Below are positions 32,381-42,489 of a stretch of 64,000 nucleotides of DNA, piece after piece (position 1 is the stretch's first letter; each line of letters begins with the position of its first letter). The DNA comes from Sedimentisphaerales bacterium (GTDB lineage Bacteria; Planctomycetota; Phycisphaerae; Sedimentisphaerales; SM23-30). Below the pieces are notes generated by a model. That model was given only the letters and a program-made list of their open reading frames with translations, made no database searches and was not told the origin of the DNA. Position numbers and translations under genes: made by a program. The stretch is taken from positions 224,001-288,000 of the forward strand of contig CAXXFK010000028.1 in assembly GCA_963663965.2 (NCBI GenBank), given 5' to 3'.

Positions 32381-34576
32381 TTGGATTTATCAGTGCTTGC
32401 CGCAGGTGAAATCAATATTGACAGGCTTGATATCATTGTCATCGTTATCTATTTCGTTGGCATTGTCGGGATCGGTCTCTGGGCCGGTAGAAAACGAAAA
32501 GGCCATATTGACAGTGATGATTACTTCCGGGCCGGTGGTACGCTGACCTGGCCCATGATCGGACTGGCGTTGTTTTCGACCAATATTTCAACCATCCACA
32601 TGGTGGGGTTTGCCGGGGAAGGGTATCGAACCGGTCTTACCTATGGGAATTTTGAGTGGATGGCGCCGTTTCTACTGATTGTCCTGGCGCTGTTTTTCGC
32701 GCCGTTTTATCTGAAGTCCCGCATTGCCACACTGCCCGATTTTCTGGAAAAGCGCTATTGCAGCACCTGCCGGAACTGGCTGGCCGGATTGAGTATCGTT
32801 TCGGCGGTATTTATTCATATCGGCTTTACGTTGTATACTGGCGCCCTGGTCATCAAGTCCCTGTTTGGTATACCGATTATGGCCAGTATTGTTTCCGCTG
32901 CGGTCCTGACGGGCATTTATACCGTATTTGGCGGGCTTCTGGCGGTTGTGGTGACCGGCGCCTTGCAGACGATTATCCTGCTGGCCGGCTCCATTATTTT
33001 GACCATCATCGCCTATGTCAAGATTGGCGGATGGGATGGGCTTGCCCAGTTTGTCGAGCCGGCCAAGCTGACCATTCTGCGAGCGCCGGGTGATCCGGCC
33101 AACCTGCCGTGGTATTCCGTATTCCTGGGTTATCCGGTGATAGGCCTGTGGTACTGGTGCGCCGACCAGACGATCGTTCAGCGTGTGCTCGGCGCCAGAG
33201 ATGAAAACCATGCGCGTACCGGGCCGCTGTTTGCCGGATTCCTGAAAGTCCTGCCGGTTTTTATTTTCTTTCTCCCGGGACTCATCTACCTGGCGATGGT
33301 GAATCGTGGAGATTTTGCGCCACTGGCCAGTCCGGATGATTGTTTTTCACTGGCCATCCAGAACCTGCTTCCCGCCGGCGCCACCGGATTGATGGCCGCG
33401 GCGTTGTTGGCGGCTTTGATGAGTACAGTTTCCGGCGCGTTGAATTCCATTGCCACTCTGGTCAGTTACGATCTTTACAAACAGTGGAAACCGGCGGCTT
33501 CCGATAAAAAACTGGTTCTCGTCGGCCAGATCGCGACAGTCGTCTGTATGGTCGTGGCGATTATCTGGTCCAAGTATATTGGCCAGTTTGAAAGTGTCTA
33601 TAAAGGGTGTGTCGATTTGATCTGTTATATCGCTCCTCCCATTACGACCGTATTTCTTTTTGGCGTATTCTGGAAGCGGGCTTCCAATCAGGCGGCGATC
33701 TGGACAATGGCCATCGGATCACTGATGGGACTAGGGGTATTTGTTGTAGATTGGAACGACTATTTCAATTGGTCCATGCCGGGTTTGCTGGCAGGATTTT
33801 ATCTGTTCTGTGTCTGTTCCGCTATCATGTTTGTGATAACATTGATTTGTCCGCACTCACATACGAAAGAAAGTATCAAGCTGGTATGGGAAAATCCCAT
33901 GGCCGCCCTGAAGGACAAAGGCTGGCCGGGCCTGGCTAACTATAAGGTTCTGTCATTGGTCCTGTTCGTGACGATGGTCATCTGCTATATCAGTATTCTA
34001 CGCGCCAGGCCGTTACCGGCGGTTGAGACGAATGCGACACAGCCCGGATTGCAGTGTACGGTCTATGACAGTGATGCCCGGAATCTGTACGGCCTGATCT
34101 TTAATTCCGAAAAGTCGACGAAAATGGTCAAAACGGAAGTAGTCCAGACTCCGGTCAGTTTGCAGGGTCTGGGTGATCACTGTATCGTGGAATACAAAGG
34201 GTACTGGAATGTGCCTGAGGATGGATTTTATCAATTAAAAGTCACTTCAGCTCAGAAAATGGATATCCGGCTGAATCAGGTGACATTGTCCCTGTTTGAT
34301 ACGACTGCCGGGCCGGACCAGGACAAACCGTGGGTGCGTACCTACACCGGGCAGGTTCACCTCGGCAAGGGCAAACATGTTTTTGCTGTCTATCATTATG
34401 CCTCTGTGCCCTGGACCGCATTTAAACTTAAAGATGCCCTGGGGCATGACAATGAAGATGAACTCATTCGTTATGAGCAATGGCGGAAAGAGCCTGAAAC
34501 ATTCAAGCTGGAATATATCCGGCCGGGCCGGAACGAGACAATGGCGTTTACAAGTGACGTATTGTCGTACGATTGA
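32381..34576 (+). CDS. Sodium:solute symporter (SGLT-like) with C-terminal PA14-like domain
   Basis: DYFRAG, LFSTNIS, TLPDFLEKRY, WYWCADQTIVQR, AALMST; C-terminal PGLQC..Y...YKGYWNVPEDGFY...LGKGKH; TTG start with GGAG SD. Confidence 0.9.
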   Translation: MDLSVLAAGEINIDRLDIIVIVIYFVGIVGIGLWAGRKRKGHIDSDDYFRAGGTLTWPMIGLALFSTNISTIHMVGFAGEGYRTGLTYGNFEWMAPFLLIVLALFFAPFYLKSRIATLPDFLEKRYCSTCRNWLAGLSIVSAVFIHIGFTLYTGALVIKSLFGIPIMASIVSAAVLTGIYTVFGGLLAVVVTGALQTIILLAGSIILTIIAYVKIGGWDGLAQFVEPAKLTILRAPGDPANLPWYSVFLGYPVIGLWYWCADQTIVQRVLGARDENHARTGPLFAGFLKVLPVFIFFLPGLIYLAMVNRGDFAPLASPDDCFSLAIQNLLPAGATGLMAAALLAALMSTVSGALNSIATLVSYDLYKQWKPAASDKKLVLVGQIATVVCMVVAIIWSKYIGQFESVYKGCVDLICYIAPPITTVFLFGVFWKRASNQAAIWTMAIGSLMGLGVFVVDWNDYFNWSMPGLLAGFYLFCVCSAIMFVITLICPHSHTKESIKLVWENPMAALKDKGWPGLANYKVLSLVLFVTMVICYISILRARPLPAVETNATQPGLQCTVYDSDARNLYGLIFNSEKSTKMVKTEVVQTPVSLQGLGDHCIVEYKGYWNVPEDGFYQLKVTSAQKMDIRLNQVTLSLFDTTAGPDQDKPWVRTYTGQVHLGKGKHVFAVYHYASVPWTAFKLKDALGHDNEDELIRYEQWRKEPETFKLEYIRPGRNETMAFTSDVLSYD

Positions 34577-34609
34577 TGGCAAGTGATATTGAACATTCAA
34601 GGAGTTGGC

Positions 34610-35017
34610 ATGTTTAAAAAGGTGATGGCTGCTTTAATATTGGGAATGATTCTCGCCAGTCATGGTTGTACGCGAAACGTCCGGCGGTATGGAAGTGTCA
34701 TTGGTATCAAAGAAGAAGCCCTGCCCAGGTACCAGAAACTGCACGCCAATCCCTGGCCGGAAGTCAAGGCCAGGCTGAAAGAGGCCAATATCCGGAATTA
34801 TTCAATATATCTGACACAATTTCCAGATGGCCGGTATTACCTGTTCAGCTACTTTGAATATGCCGGAGATGACTTTAAGGCTGATATGGAAAGAATGGGT
34901 CATGATCCGAAGGTCAAAGAATGGTGGCAGGAAACAGATCCCTGCCAGCTGCCGCTGGCCAATCGCGCTGAGAATGAATGGTGGAAAGGTATGGAAGAGG
35001 TGTTCCACCTGGATTAG
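34610..35017 (+). CDS. rhaM: L-rhamnose mutarotase family protein with lipoprotein-like signal
   Basis: Y.KLHANPWPEV, NIRNYSIY, LFSYFEY, EWW, MEEVFHLD; AAGGAG SD. Confidence 0.85.
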   Translation: MFKKVMAALILGMILASHGCTRNVRRYGSVIGIKEEALPRYQKLHANPWPEVKARLKEANIRNYSIYLTQFPDGRYYLFSYFEYAGDDFKADMERMGHDPKVKEWWQETDPCQLPLANRAENEWWKGMEEVFHLD

Positions 35018-35441
35018 TCTCTTCCGAGTGAAATCTTGCGCAAGGTGGCAAAGAAATTTCGGCAGCAAGGTGGATGCCACTGTGACACTGTTTGGCTCCG
35101 GCACTGCCGGATCAGGCATCACGATGGATAAAATTGAAACTGGCGTGAAATCATGATGACGTCAACGCATGTGGACTTTTTTTGAAAATAACCTGATTGC
35201 CAGTCATGACGCCGCTGAGATGATTGTCAGGGGCCACTGTTGTTGCGAAAGAGCATCTGATGCGAGATTGTCCCCGTGAAATCAATTGTCAATATATTCG
35301 TGTTTGAGCATAAATCTGTGACATATATAAGTTAGCAAAAGGTATCCAGGAAGCAGGAAAATGAGCGGCCTGTTCCTGAAATCCGTCGAATCCAAAGGTT
35401 GGATTCGAGAAACACAACCGGGCAGGCTCTATAAAGGAAAA

Positions 35442-36902
35442 ATGAAGATGACTACTGTTCTCTGTCGAGTAGGTGTTCAGGCTGGACTGTTGCTGGCCTG
35501 TTTGTGTAGCCTGGCATGTCATGTGACCGCCTCCTCCTGGCCTTATGAGGATGAAACCAAAGAGCAGCGGGACGCACGCATGGCCTGGTGGCGGGAGGCC
35601 CGTTTTGGTATGTTTATCAATATAGGTCTTTATTCCGTTCCCGCCGGTACTTATCAAGGTCATCAGGTTGGCAGTCTGGGCGAATGGATTATGAATTTCG
35701 GCAAAATCCCCGTCGCTGAATATAAACAGTATGCCAAAGAATTCAATCCCGTGAAGTATGATCCGGACGAATGGATCCGGCTGGCGAAAGAAGCCGGTAT
35801 GAAATACATCGTTTTTGATGTCAAACACCATGACGGTTTTGCTCTGTTCGATTCCAAAGCCTCCGACTGGGATGTCGTTGATGCGACCCCTTATGGCAAA
35901 GACATGCTCAAGCCTATGGCTGAGGCCTGTCGCAAATATGGTATCAAGTTGGGCCTGTATTATTCGCAGGCCCAGGACTGGTGTCATCCTGGTGGTTCCG
36001 CCTGGCGCCGGCCGGCCAAAAGTGGTTGGGATAATCCGGATGCGGAAAAAATCGATGCCTACACAGCCGAACACGGCGGCCACTGGGATCCGGCCCAGCT
36101 AGGCGACATGGATGAATACATCAAAACTATCGCGGCGCCCCAGATCAGGGAAATCCTGACGAATTACGGTTCTGTCGCTATTCTCTGGTGGGATACCCCG
36201 ATCGATATGACCACCGAACGGGCCGATATGCTGCAGCCGCTGATCAACCTGCAGCCGGGGATTATTACCAATAACCGCCTGGGCGGCGGCTATCGTGGCG
36301 ATACCGAAACGCCCGAACAGCACATCCCCGCTACCGGCTATGTTGACCGGGACTGGGAAACCTGTATGACCATGAACGGTACCTGGGGATACAAGAGTTT
36401 CGACCATAACTGGAAATCGACCGAAAAGCTGCTAACCAACCTGGTCGATATCGCCAGCAAAGGCGGCAATTACCTGCTCAATATCGGTCCGACCGCCGAA
36501 GGAGTCATTCCCCAGCCCAGCATCGACCGGCTCCGGGAGATCGGTCAATGGATGGCGGTCAACAGTGAATCGATTTATGGCACCAGCGCCAGCCCGTTTG
36601 AAAAATTGACCTGGGGTCGCTGTACCAAAAAAGCCTACATCAACGGGGCGAATCTCTATTTGCACGTATTTGAGCGGCCGGATGAAGGCAAACTTTTTTT
36701 GCCCGGCTTGAAAAATGACATTATTCAGGCCTATCTTCTGGCTACCGGTCAGAATCTGGATACGATTTCGGATCCACAGGGTGTAACCGTAACCTTACCA
36801 CAGGAACTTCCCGATCCGATCGATAGCGTGGTTGTTCTCAAGGTTGCCGGCCCACTTAATGTGGAAAAAGCCCAGCGGGAAGAGGAAAATCAAAGCAAAT
36901 GA
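35442..36902 (+). CDS. GH29 alpha-L-fucosidase
   Basis: WWREARFGMFI, KHHDGF, ILWWD, WETCMTMN.TWGY, SKGGNYLLNIGP. Confidence 0.95.
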   Translation: MKMTTVLCRVGVQAGLLLACLCSLACHVTASSWPYEDETKEQRDARMAWWREARFGMFINIGLYSVPAGTYQGHQVGSLGEWIMNFGKIPVAEYKQYAKEFNPVKYDPDEWIRLAKEAGMKYIVFDVKHHDGFALFDSKASDWDVVDATPYGKDMLKPMAEACRKYGIKLGLYYSQAQDWCHPGGSAWRRPAKSGWDNPDAEKIDAYTAEHGGHWDPAQLGDMDEYIKTIAAPQIREILTNYGSVAILWWDTPIDMTTERADMLQPLINLQPGIITNNRLGGGYRGDTETPEQHIPATGYVDRDWETCMTMNGTWGYKSFDHNWKSTEKLLTNLVDIASKGGNYLLNIGPTAEGVIPQPSIDRLREIGQWMAVNSESIYGTSASPFEKLTWGRCTKKAYINGANLYLHVFERPDEGKLFLPGLKNDIIQAYLLATGQNLDTISDPQGVTVTLPQELPDPIDSVVVLKVAGPLNVEKAQREEENQSK

Positions 36903-37123
36903 TATAAGATTCGTACTGATAGCGTATAATAAAATAAAAAACGGTTGGACCTGGTGAGTATGAAGCTCTTTACATTTCTGTAGAGAGCTTCATTTGAATT
37001 TTTATCGGGCGGATTATTCTCGTAGCTCCTTCATTAATTCAAGGCATCTCGTCGCTGCAATTTTTTCGTTGGAATAAAGAAGCCGGCTTGACAATCGGTT
37101 AAGAATCGAATAGAAAGTTTAAT

Positions 37124-37963
37124 ATGAACCATAAACTTTTTGCAATAAATATTAATCGGATGCTTCTGATAGTCTGTCTGGCACTCGCGGCCTTGTTGAT
37201 GTCCTGCCATTCCTGCCCTCAGGTTTCAAGCAAGTTGGAATCTTTTACATTTGTTCAAATCTGTGATACCCAACTTGGTTTTTCTGATTATCAAAAGGAC
37301 TTGGCATCTTTTCGCCGGGCGGTAGCCCGGATTAATGAACTGAATCCGGATTTTGTGGTGATCTGCGGTGATCTGGTGAATACCGCCGATGATCGGTCGT
37401 TTTCGGATTTTAAAGAGATCAAAGAGTCTTTCAAAATGCCCTGCTATTGTGTGCCCGGCAATCACGATATCGGCAACCAGCCTGCGGCTGAATCGTTACA
37501 CTATTACCGTCGGATGATCGGGAAAGATTATTATGAAGTGGAACATAAAGGAGCGACGTTTCTATTTGTCAATACCCAATTATGGAAAGAAAATCTGCCG
37601 AACGAATCAGAGCAACAGGATGTCTGGCTGAAGGAGCGACTGCAAAAGGCGGCCGGAAAAGGGCGGCCGGTGTTTATGGTCGGGCATTACCCGCTATTCT
37701 GCCGGCAAGCCGATGAGGCGGATGAATACATGAATTTACCCATGGAAAAACGCCGGGAACTGCTGACACTTTATGAGCAATTTCATGTGGTCGCGGTCCT
37801 GCATGGCCACACCCACAAGCTGACTTTGAACCAGTATAAGAATATTCAGATGGTGGGGGCTGAAACCACCAGTCGGAACTTTGATGAGAATCCCCTGGGA
37901 TTTCGATTGTGGCAGGTAGACAAAAAGTTACCGCCCAGGCATGAATTTGTGCCTCTGGACTGA
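37124..37963 (+). CDS. Calcineurin-like metallophosphoesterase (CPPED1-like)
   Basis: DTQLG, GDLV, GNHD, GHYP, GHTH. Confidence 0.9.
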   Translation: MNHKLFAININRMLLIVCLALAALLMSCHSCPQVSSKLESFTFVQICDTQLGFSDYQKDLASFRRAVARINELNPDFVVICGDLVNTADDRSFSDFKEIKESFKMPCYCVPGNHDIGNQPAAESLHYYRRMIGKDYYEVEHKGATFLFVNTQLWKENLPNESEQQDVWLKERLQKAAGKGRPVFMVGHYPLFCRQADEADEYMNLPMEKRRELLTLYEQFHVVAVLHGHTHKLTLNQYKNIQMVGAETTSRNFDENPLGFRLWQVDKKLPPRHEFVPLD

Positions 37964-38145
37964 AGAACGCTCTCCTGTTTATCAGGGTTATTATTTCTGA
38001 TCTCTATCAACCAGAAAACAATTTCATATTGTTTTCCTGGTAATTCCCCGTTAGAATTGGGGTGGCATACCGATGGATATGATATAAGCTATTGATATTG
38101 AATGATTAAGGGGTGGGGGAATGTGTTGCATGGAATGGTGACAAA

Positions 38146-38324
38146 GAGCCCCTGACAAAATGAGTTTTCTACTACGACCGGCTGCAAAAGTGGTCCGCGG
38201 CGTTCTCGGGACCAAACATCCTCGACAACCCATAGCAGGGTTGCCTGCGGGTGTTTGACCCCTGCGGCCTTGCTGACAACTTTTTCGCCCGGTCTCGCTA
38301 CAAAAATCATTTTGTCAGGCACTC
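38146..38324. mobile_element. MITE-like non-autonomous element
   Basis: Terminal inverted repeats GAGCCCCTGACAAAATGAGTTTT / AAAAATCATTTTGTCAGGCACTC; largely palindromic; flanks AAA/TAA. Confidence 0.75.
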
Positions 38325-38349
38325 TAAAGCATTTTACAGGAGATATTCA

Positions 38350-39735
38350 ATGGAATTTTTTCCACGCGTCTCGAAGTTGTCGGTACTGTTAATATGGGTT
38401 GCGGTTTCTTTCAGTTATGATAAACAGGTTTCTGCGGCAGAAGAACCAACTCTGAAAGCGCCGGCCATCGTAAAAGATCTGTATCTGCCGGCCAATGTGG
38501 ATCGGGTACCGGAAGGAAATGACTTTGACGACAATGACAGCGAGTACAGTTTTAAACGGATGGTTCAGGGCGATAATCTGGCGCTGTTCTGGAGCCGGGA
38601 ATATGGCGATGATCCGATGGCCAATCCGGAGATAAAAAAGCGTTTTAATCCCCAGGAATCGCTTCGGGAATGCGAACGGTTTTATGACTATTATGTCAAT
38701 GACCTGAAAATGGTGCTCAAAGGGCAATCGCTGGCCGACCGATACAAGATGCTGGTCATTGTGTTTGGCGGCAATGAAGGAACGGCCTACGGCGGCGGCG
38801 CCGAAGAGAAGATCGGAGTGTTATGGACCCCTGCCGTCCGGATCAATCGAAAACCCTATGGCGCGCTGGCGCATGAGATGGCCCATAGTTTCCAGTATAT
38901 TTCCCGCATCGACAGCGGGCGGGGACCTCACGGCCCGATTGCGGAAATGTCCGCCCAATACCTGCTCTGGCAGGTCTATCCGGAATGGATGACCTTTGAA
39001 AACTATCACCTGGTCGATTTCATGAAACAGACCCATTACGCGTTTCTGCATCCGATCAATATGTATCATTCTCCCTATGTGCTGGAATACTGGTCGAACA
39101 AGCATGGCAAAGAGTTTTATGGCAAATTGGGCCGGGAGACCCTGCCGGGTGAAGATCCGGTGATGACCTATCAGCGTTTGAACAAGTTGCCCCAGGAGCA
39201 GTTCAATGATGAAATGTTCGATGCCTGCCGCCGGTTCATTACCTGGGATATGAAACGGGTTGAGAAGGTGGCAAGGCGCTATGCCAACCAGCATCAGTGC
39301 ACGTTGGAAGCGATCGAAGGGGGCTGGTACCGGATTCCGCCGGATAAATGTCCCCAGAATTACGGGTACAATGGAATCAAACTCAAGGTTCCTGCCGCGG
39401 GTACCGAGGTGGTTTTAAACTTTAAAGGGATCGCCGGCACGGAAGGCTACAGCCAGACGAAGCTTGACAAAGCGGGCTGGCGCTATGGATTACTGGCCTC
39501 GCTGCAAGATGGTAAACGGATATATGGAGAGATGGGCAAGGATCCGGAAGGCACATTGACCTTTATAGTGCCGGATAATACCGACCATCTCTGGCTGGTC
39601 GTTATGGGTGCGCCCTCCGAACACTGGCCGATCGCCATGCGACGGCGTGCCAGGACCGAGGCCAGTCCGGAGGAACAATGGCCCTATCAGATACAATTAA
39701 TCGGAACCAGTCTGGATGATTCAGTAATCAAATGA
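38350..39735 (+). CDS. Secreted DUF6055-like protein with HExxH motif
   Basis: AYGGG, AHEMAHSFQ, PQNYGYN, GWRYG; GGAG SD; signal peptide. Confidence 0.75.
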   Translation: MEFFPRVSKLSVLLIWVAVSFSYDKQVSAAEEPTLKAPAIVKDLYLPANVDRVPEGNDFDDNDSEYSFKRMVQGDNLALFWSREYGDDPMANPEIKKRFNPQESLRECERFYDYYVNDLKMVLKGQSLADRYKMLVIVFGGNEGTAYGGGAEEKIGVLWTPAVRINRKPYGALAHEMAHSFQYISRIDSGRGPHGPIAEMSAQYLLWQVYPEWMTFENYHLVDFMKQTHYAFLHPINMYHSPYVLEYWSNKHGKEFYGKLGRETLPGEDPVMTYQRLNKLPQEQFNDEMFDACRRFITWDMKRVEKVARRYANQHQCTLEAIEGGWYRIPPDKCPQNYGYNGIKLKVPAAGTEVVLNFKGIAGTEGYSQTKLDKAGWRYGLLASLQDGKRIYGEMGKDPEGTLTFIVPDNTDHLWLVVMGAPSEHWPIAMRRRARTEASPEEQWPYQIQLIGTSLDDSVIK

Positions 39736-39831
39736 ACCGTAGGCGATGCGGTGTTTAGTGAAGCAGGAAAGTAGAATGTCTCTTTTCTTCCCAACACAAT
39801 CAATTCGATCAATTGAAAGATTCGATTTATT

Positions 39832-40170
39832 ATGAAAAGATTGACATTTCTTAGAAATGGTATAGTAGCCAAAGATGAATTGCATTATTGTATAAGAATA
39901 AACTTAAAAGGACAAGTTTATGGCGATATTACTCATGTGCCAGGCTTTTCGGGCGGGAGAATTATCGATACTTATCCCCAATTGAATGAAGATGTTGTCG
40001 GAAAGATTTTTGATGTGCCGTCAAGTCTTAAAAGAAAAAGAACAGATGAAGATTTTTCGATTGACACAAAAAAAGATTTGATTGTCATATGCTTTGATGC
40101 AGATACGCAAAAAGAACTGTATTGTTTTACAACCAAGGACATAAGCGATAATCCGGAAGGATATATATAA
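39832..40170 (+). CDS. Hypothetical protein (AT-rich)
   Basis: 112-aa ORF filling the intergenic gap; no motif recognised. Confidence 0.5.
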   Translation: MKRLTFLRNGIVAKDELHYCIRINLKGQVYGDITHVPGFSGGRIIDTYPQLNEDVVGKIFDVPSSLKRKRTDEDFSIDTKKDLIVICFDADTQKELYCFTTKDISDNPEGYI

Positions 40171-40256
40171 AATATATTAATAGTCTGTTGTCTGACGTTG
40201 TAGCATTTTACTATGCAGAATAATATGTCTTTTTCCAATAAGGAGTAACTTATCAG

Positions 40257-41594
40257 ATGGGTAATACAATCAGAGCAATGCTGTGTATGTCATTTGTGGT
40301 TTTAACGATTTCACCATTGCCGGCTCAGTTTTCTCAACAGGACCGGGAGCGAATTAACCGTTTGACCGGTGAAGATCACAAGCTGATGATGAAAACGCTG
40401 GGTATCACATCCATCCGGCGGGGCCCATCGGGAAATCCTAATGCACCGGATGCGGCTATTGCTGATGAAGCTAAAGTGCAGCCCTATTTCCTGCCCGATC
40501 CGCTGGTGTTTAACGATGGCTCGAGAGTCACCCGTCTGGATCAATGGCCGGCGCGACGCGCTGAGATTGCCGAATGCTTTGACCGTGAAATCTACGGCCG
40601 GTTGCCGGAGACTATCCCGGTAGTAAACTGGAAAGTCGTCAGTGTGGAAGAGACCACCGATGGCGAGTTTCCGGTTAAAATCAAGCAACTGGAGGGCGTC
40701 GTCGATAATTCCTCCCGGCCTGAAATCGAGGTCGTCATTCGATTGACGCTCGGTACGCCTGCCAATACCGAAAAGGCAGTCCCGGTAATCATGGAATTCG
40801 GTTTTGATTTTGGCGGGCGGTTTAACAGGCCCCAACAGGGCGGTAATACGCTGACCTGGAAACAACAGCTGCTGAAAGAAGGGTGGGGCTATGCCATTTT
40901 GAATCCAGTAAGTTTTCAGGCTGACAATGGCGCCGGCTTAAGAGCGGGGATCATAGGCCTGGCAAATAAGGGTGAGCCCCGCAAGCCGGATGACTGGGGT
41001 TGTTTGCGCGCCTGGGGTTGGGGAGCCAATCAGGCGATCGATTATTTCGAGACGGATCAGGATGTGGATGCCCGGCGGATAGGGATTGAGGGCCTTTCGC
41101 GTTATGGCAAAGCCGCCATTGTCGCGATGGCTTATGAGCCGAGAATTGCCATTGGTTTTATCGGGTCATCTGGTGCGGGCGGGGCCAAGCTACTGCACCG
41201 GGTTTTCGGTGAGCAGGTGGAAAATCTGGCCGGTTCGGGCGAATATCACTGGTTCGCCGGGAATTTTATCCGATATGCCGGCCCGTTAACGCAGGAAGAC
41301 CTGCCGGTGGATGCCCATCATCTGGTCGCCCTCTGCGCGCCGCGGCCGGTTTTCATCAGCAGCGGATCCGCTTCGGTAGAGGGCCAGTGGGTTGACGCCA
41401 AAGGCATGTTTCTGGGCGGCGCGATGGCCGGGCCGGTTTATGAACTGATGGGTAAAAAAAGTATGCGAACCATGCTGTTTCCGCCTCAGGAGACCCTGAT
41501 TGATGGCGATATTGCCTTCCGGCAGCATGAAGGCGGCCATACCACCGGCCCCAATTGGCCCTTTTTCATCGAATTTGCCAAACGCTATTTCTAA
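40257..41594 (+). CDS. CE15-like glucuronoyl/acetylxylan esterase
   Basis: LPDPL, LRAWGWG, GLSRYGKAA, SSGAGGA, LVALCAPRP, HEGGH. Confidence 0.88.
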   Translation: MGNTIRAMLCMSFVVLTISPLPAQFSQQDRERINRLTGEDHKLMMKTLGITSIRRGPSGNPNAPDAAIADEAKVQPYFLPDPLVFNDGSRVTRLDQWPARRAEIAECFDREIYGRLPETIPVVNWKVVSVEETTDGEFPVKIKQLEGVVDNSSRPEIEVVIRLTLGTPANTEKAVPVIMEFGFDFGGRFNRPQQGGNTLTWKQQLLKEGWGYAILNPVSFQADNGAGLRAGIIGLANKGEPRKPDDWGCLRAWGWGANQAIDYFETDQDVDARRIGIEGLSRYGKAAIVAMAYEPRIAIGFIGSSGAGGAKLLHRVFGEQVENLAGSGEYHWFAGNFIRYAGPLTQEDLPVDAHHLVALCAPRPVFISSGSASVEGQWVDAKGMFLGGAMAGPVYELMGKKSMRTMLFPPQETLIDGDIAFRQHEGGHTTGPNWPFFIEFAKRYF

Positions 41595-41862
41595 AGCGGC
41601 TGATATCATCTTCAGGTAGAATCCGTATAAACCATTGTTAATACTGAGATTATATGAAAAGCCAGCCATCAGCTTCCAGGGTTGGTCGATTCATTTAATC
41701 CAGTGAGGCATTGTCACGGATAAAGGGGTGTTGTTCGTAACTTGTGTTTTTAATTTCGGTTATGGAAAATCCGGGGATCGTAGCGGATGGAAAATCGCTT
41801 ATCCCGGCTCATTTAATATTTTATCAGATTTAGCGCAACGTTTTTGTAAAATTCACGTTGAT

Positions 41863-42471
41863 ATGGTTGATGACAGTCATAATCAGGACAAAGCTGAAAT
41901 GAAACGTATCAATTTGGCAATTAGCGAAACGGACCTGACCAACCTGATTTATCAGGCGGGTCATGATAGCGCGGCCTTTGCCGAGCTATACCGTTTGCAT
42001 TATGAAATGGTATTTCGCTATTGTTCTCGCAGGTTGTACAACCGCCATACCGCGGAAGATGTCACCTCCACGGTATTCTTTAAAGCGATGCGAAAGATTC
42101 ATTCTTTTAAAGGAAATCCAAATGATTTTCGCAACTGGCTGTATCGTATTGCGACCAATGCCATTAATGATTATCTGAGAACCGCCCAAAAGCGATCCGA
42201 CGCTATTCATTCCGTGGTTCAGGAATACGGCAGCAGCCATGAATCCTCCGATCAATCGGATGATGACTTTGAAGCAGTGAATCGGATCATCAAACAGGCC
42301 GTCTTGCGACTGAGCCCCAAATACCAGACTGTCATCACCTTGCGTTATTTTGAAAAAATGAAATTAACCGAAATTGCCGGGATATTAGCAAGTAAACCAG
42401 CTACGATTCGAGGCCGGCTTTCACGCGCGTTAGATGCTTTGCGAAAAGAGTTGAAAGCTGTGCCGCGATGA
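41863..42471 (+). CDS. ECF RNA polymerase sigma factor (start may be 41899)
   Basis: AFAELYRLH, AEDVTS..F, WLYRIATN, LRYFE...EIA...TIRGRLSRA. Confidence 0.92.
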   Translation: MVDDSHNQDKAEMKRINLAISETDLTNLIYQAGHDSAAFAELYRLHYEMVFRYCSRRLYNRHTAEDVTSTVFFKAMRKIHSFKGNPNDFRNWLYRIATNAINDYLRTAQKRSDAIHSVVQEYGSSHESSDQSDDDFEAVNRIIKQAVLRLSPKYQTVITLRYFEKMKLTEIAGILASKPATIRGRLSRALDALRKELKAVPR

Positions 42472-42489
42472 GAACCGTGAGAGATTAAG

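Noticed and set aside
35018..35441. 424-nt intergenic region as possible ncRNA or gene relic
   Set aside because: Only short hairpins and broken frames; nothing I can support
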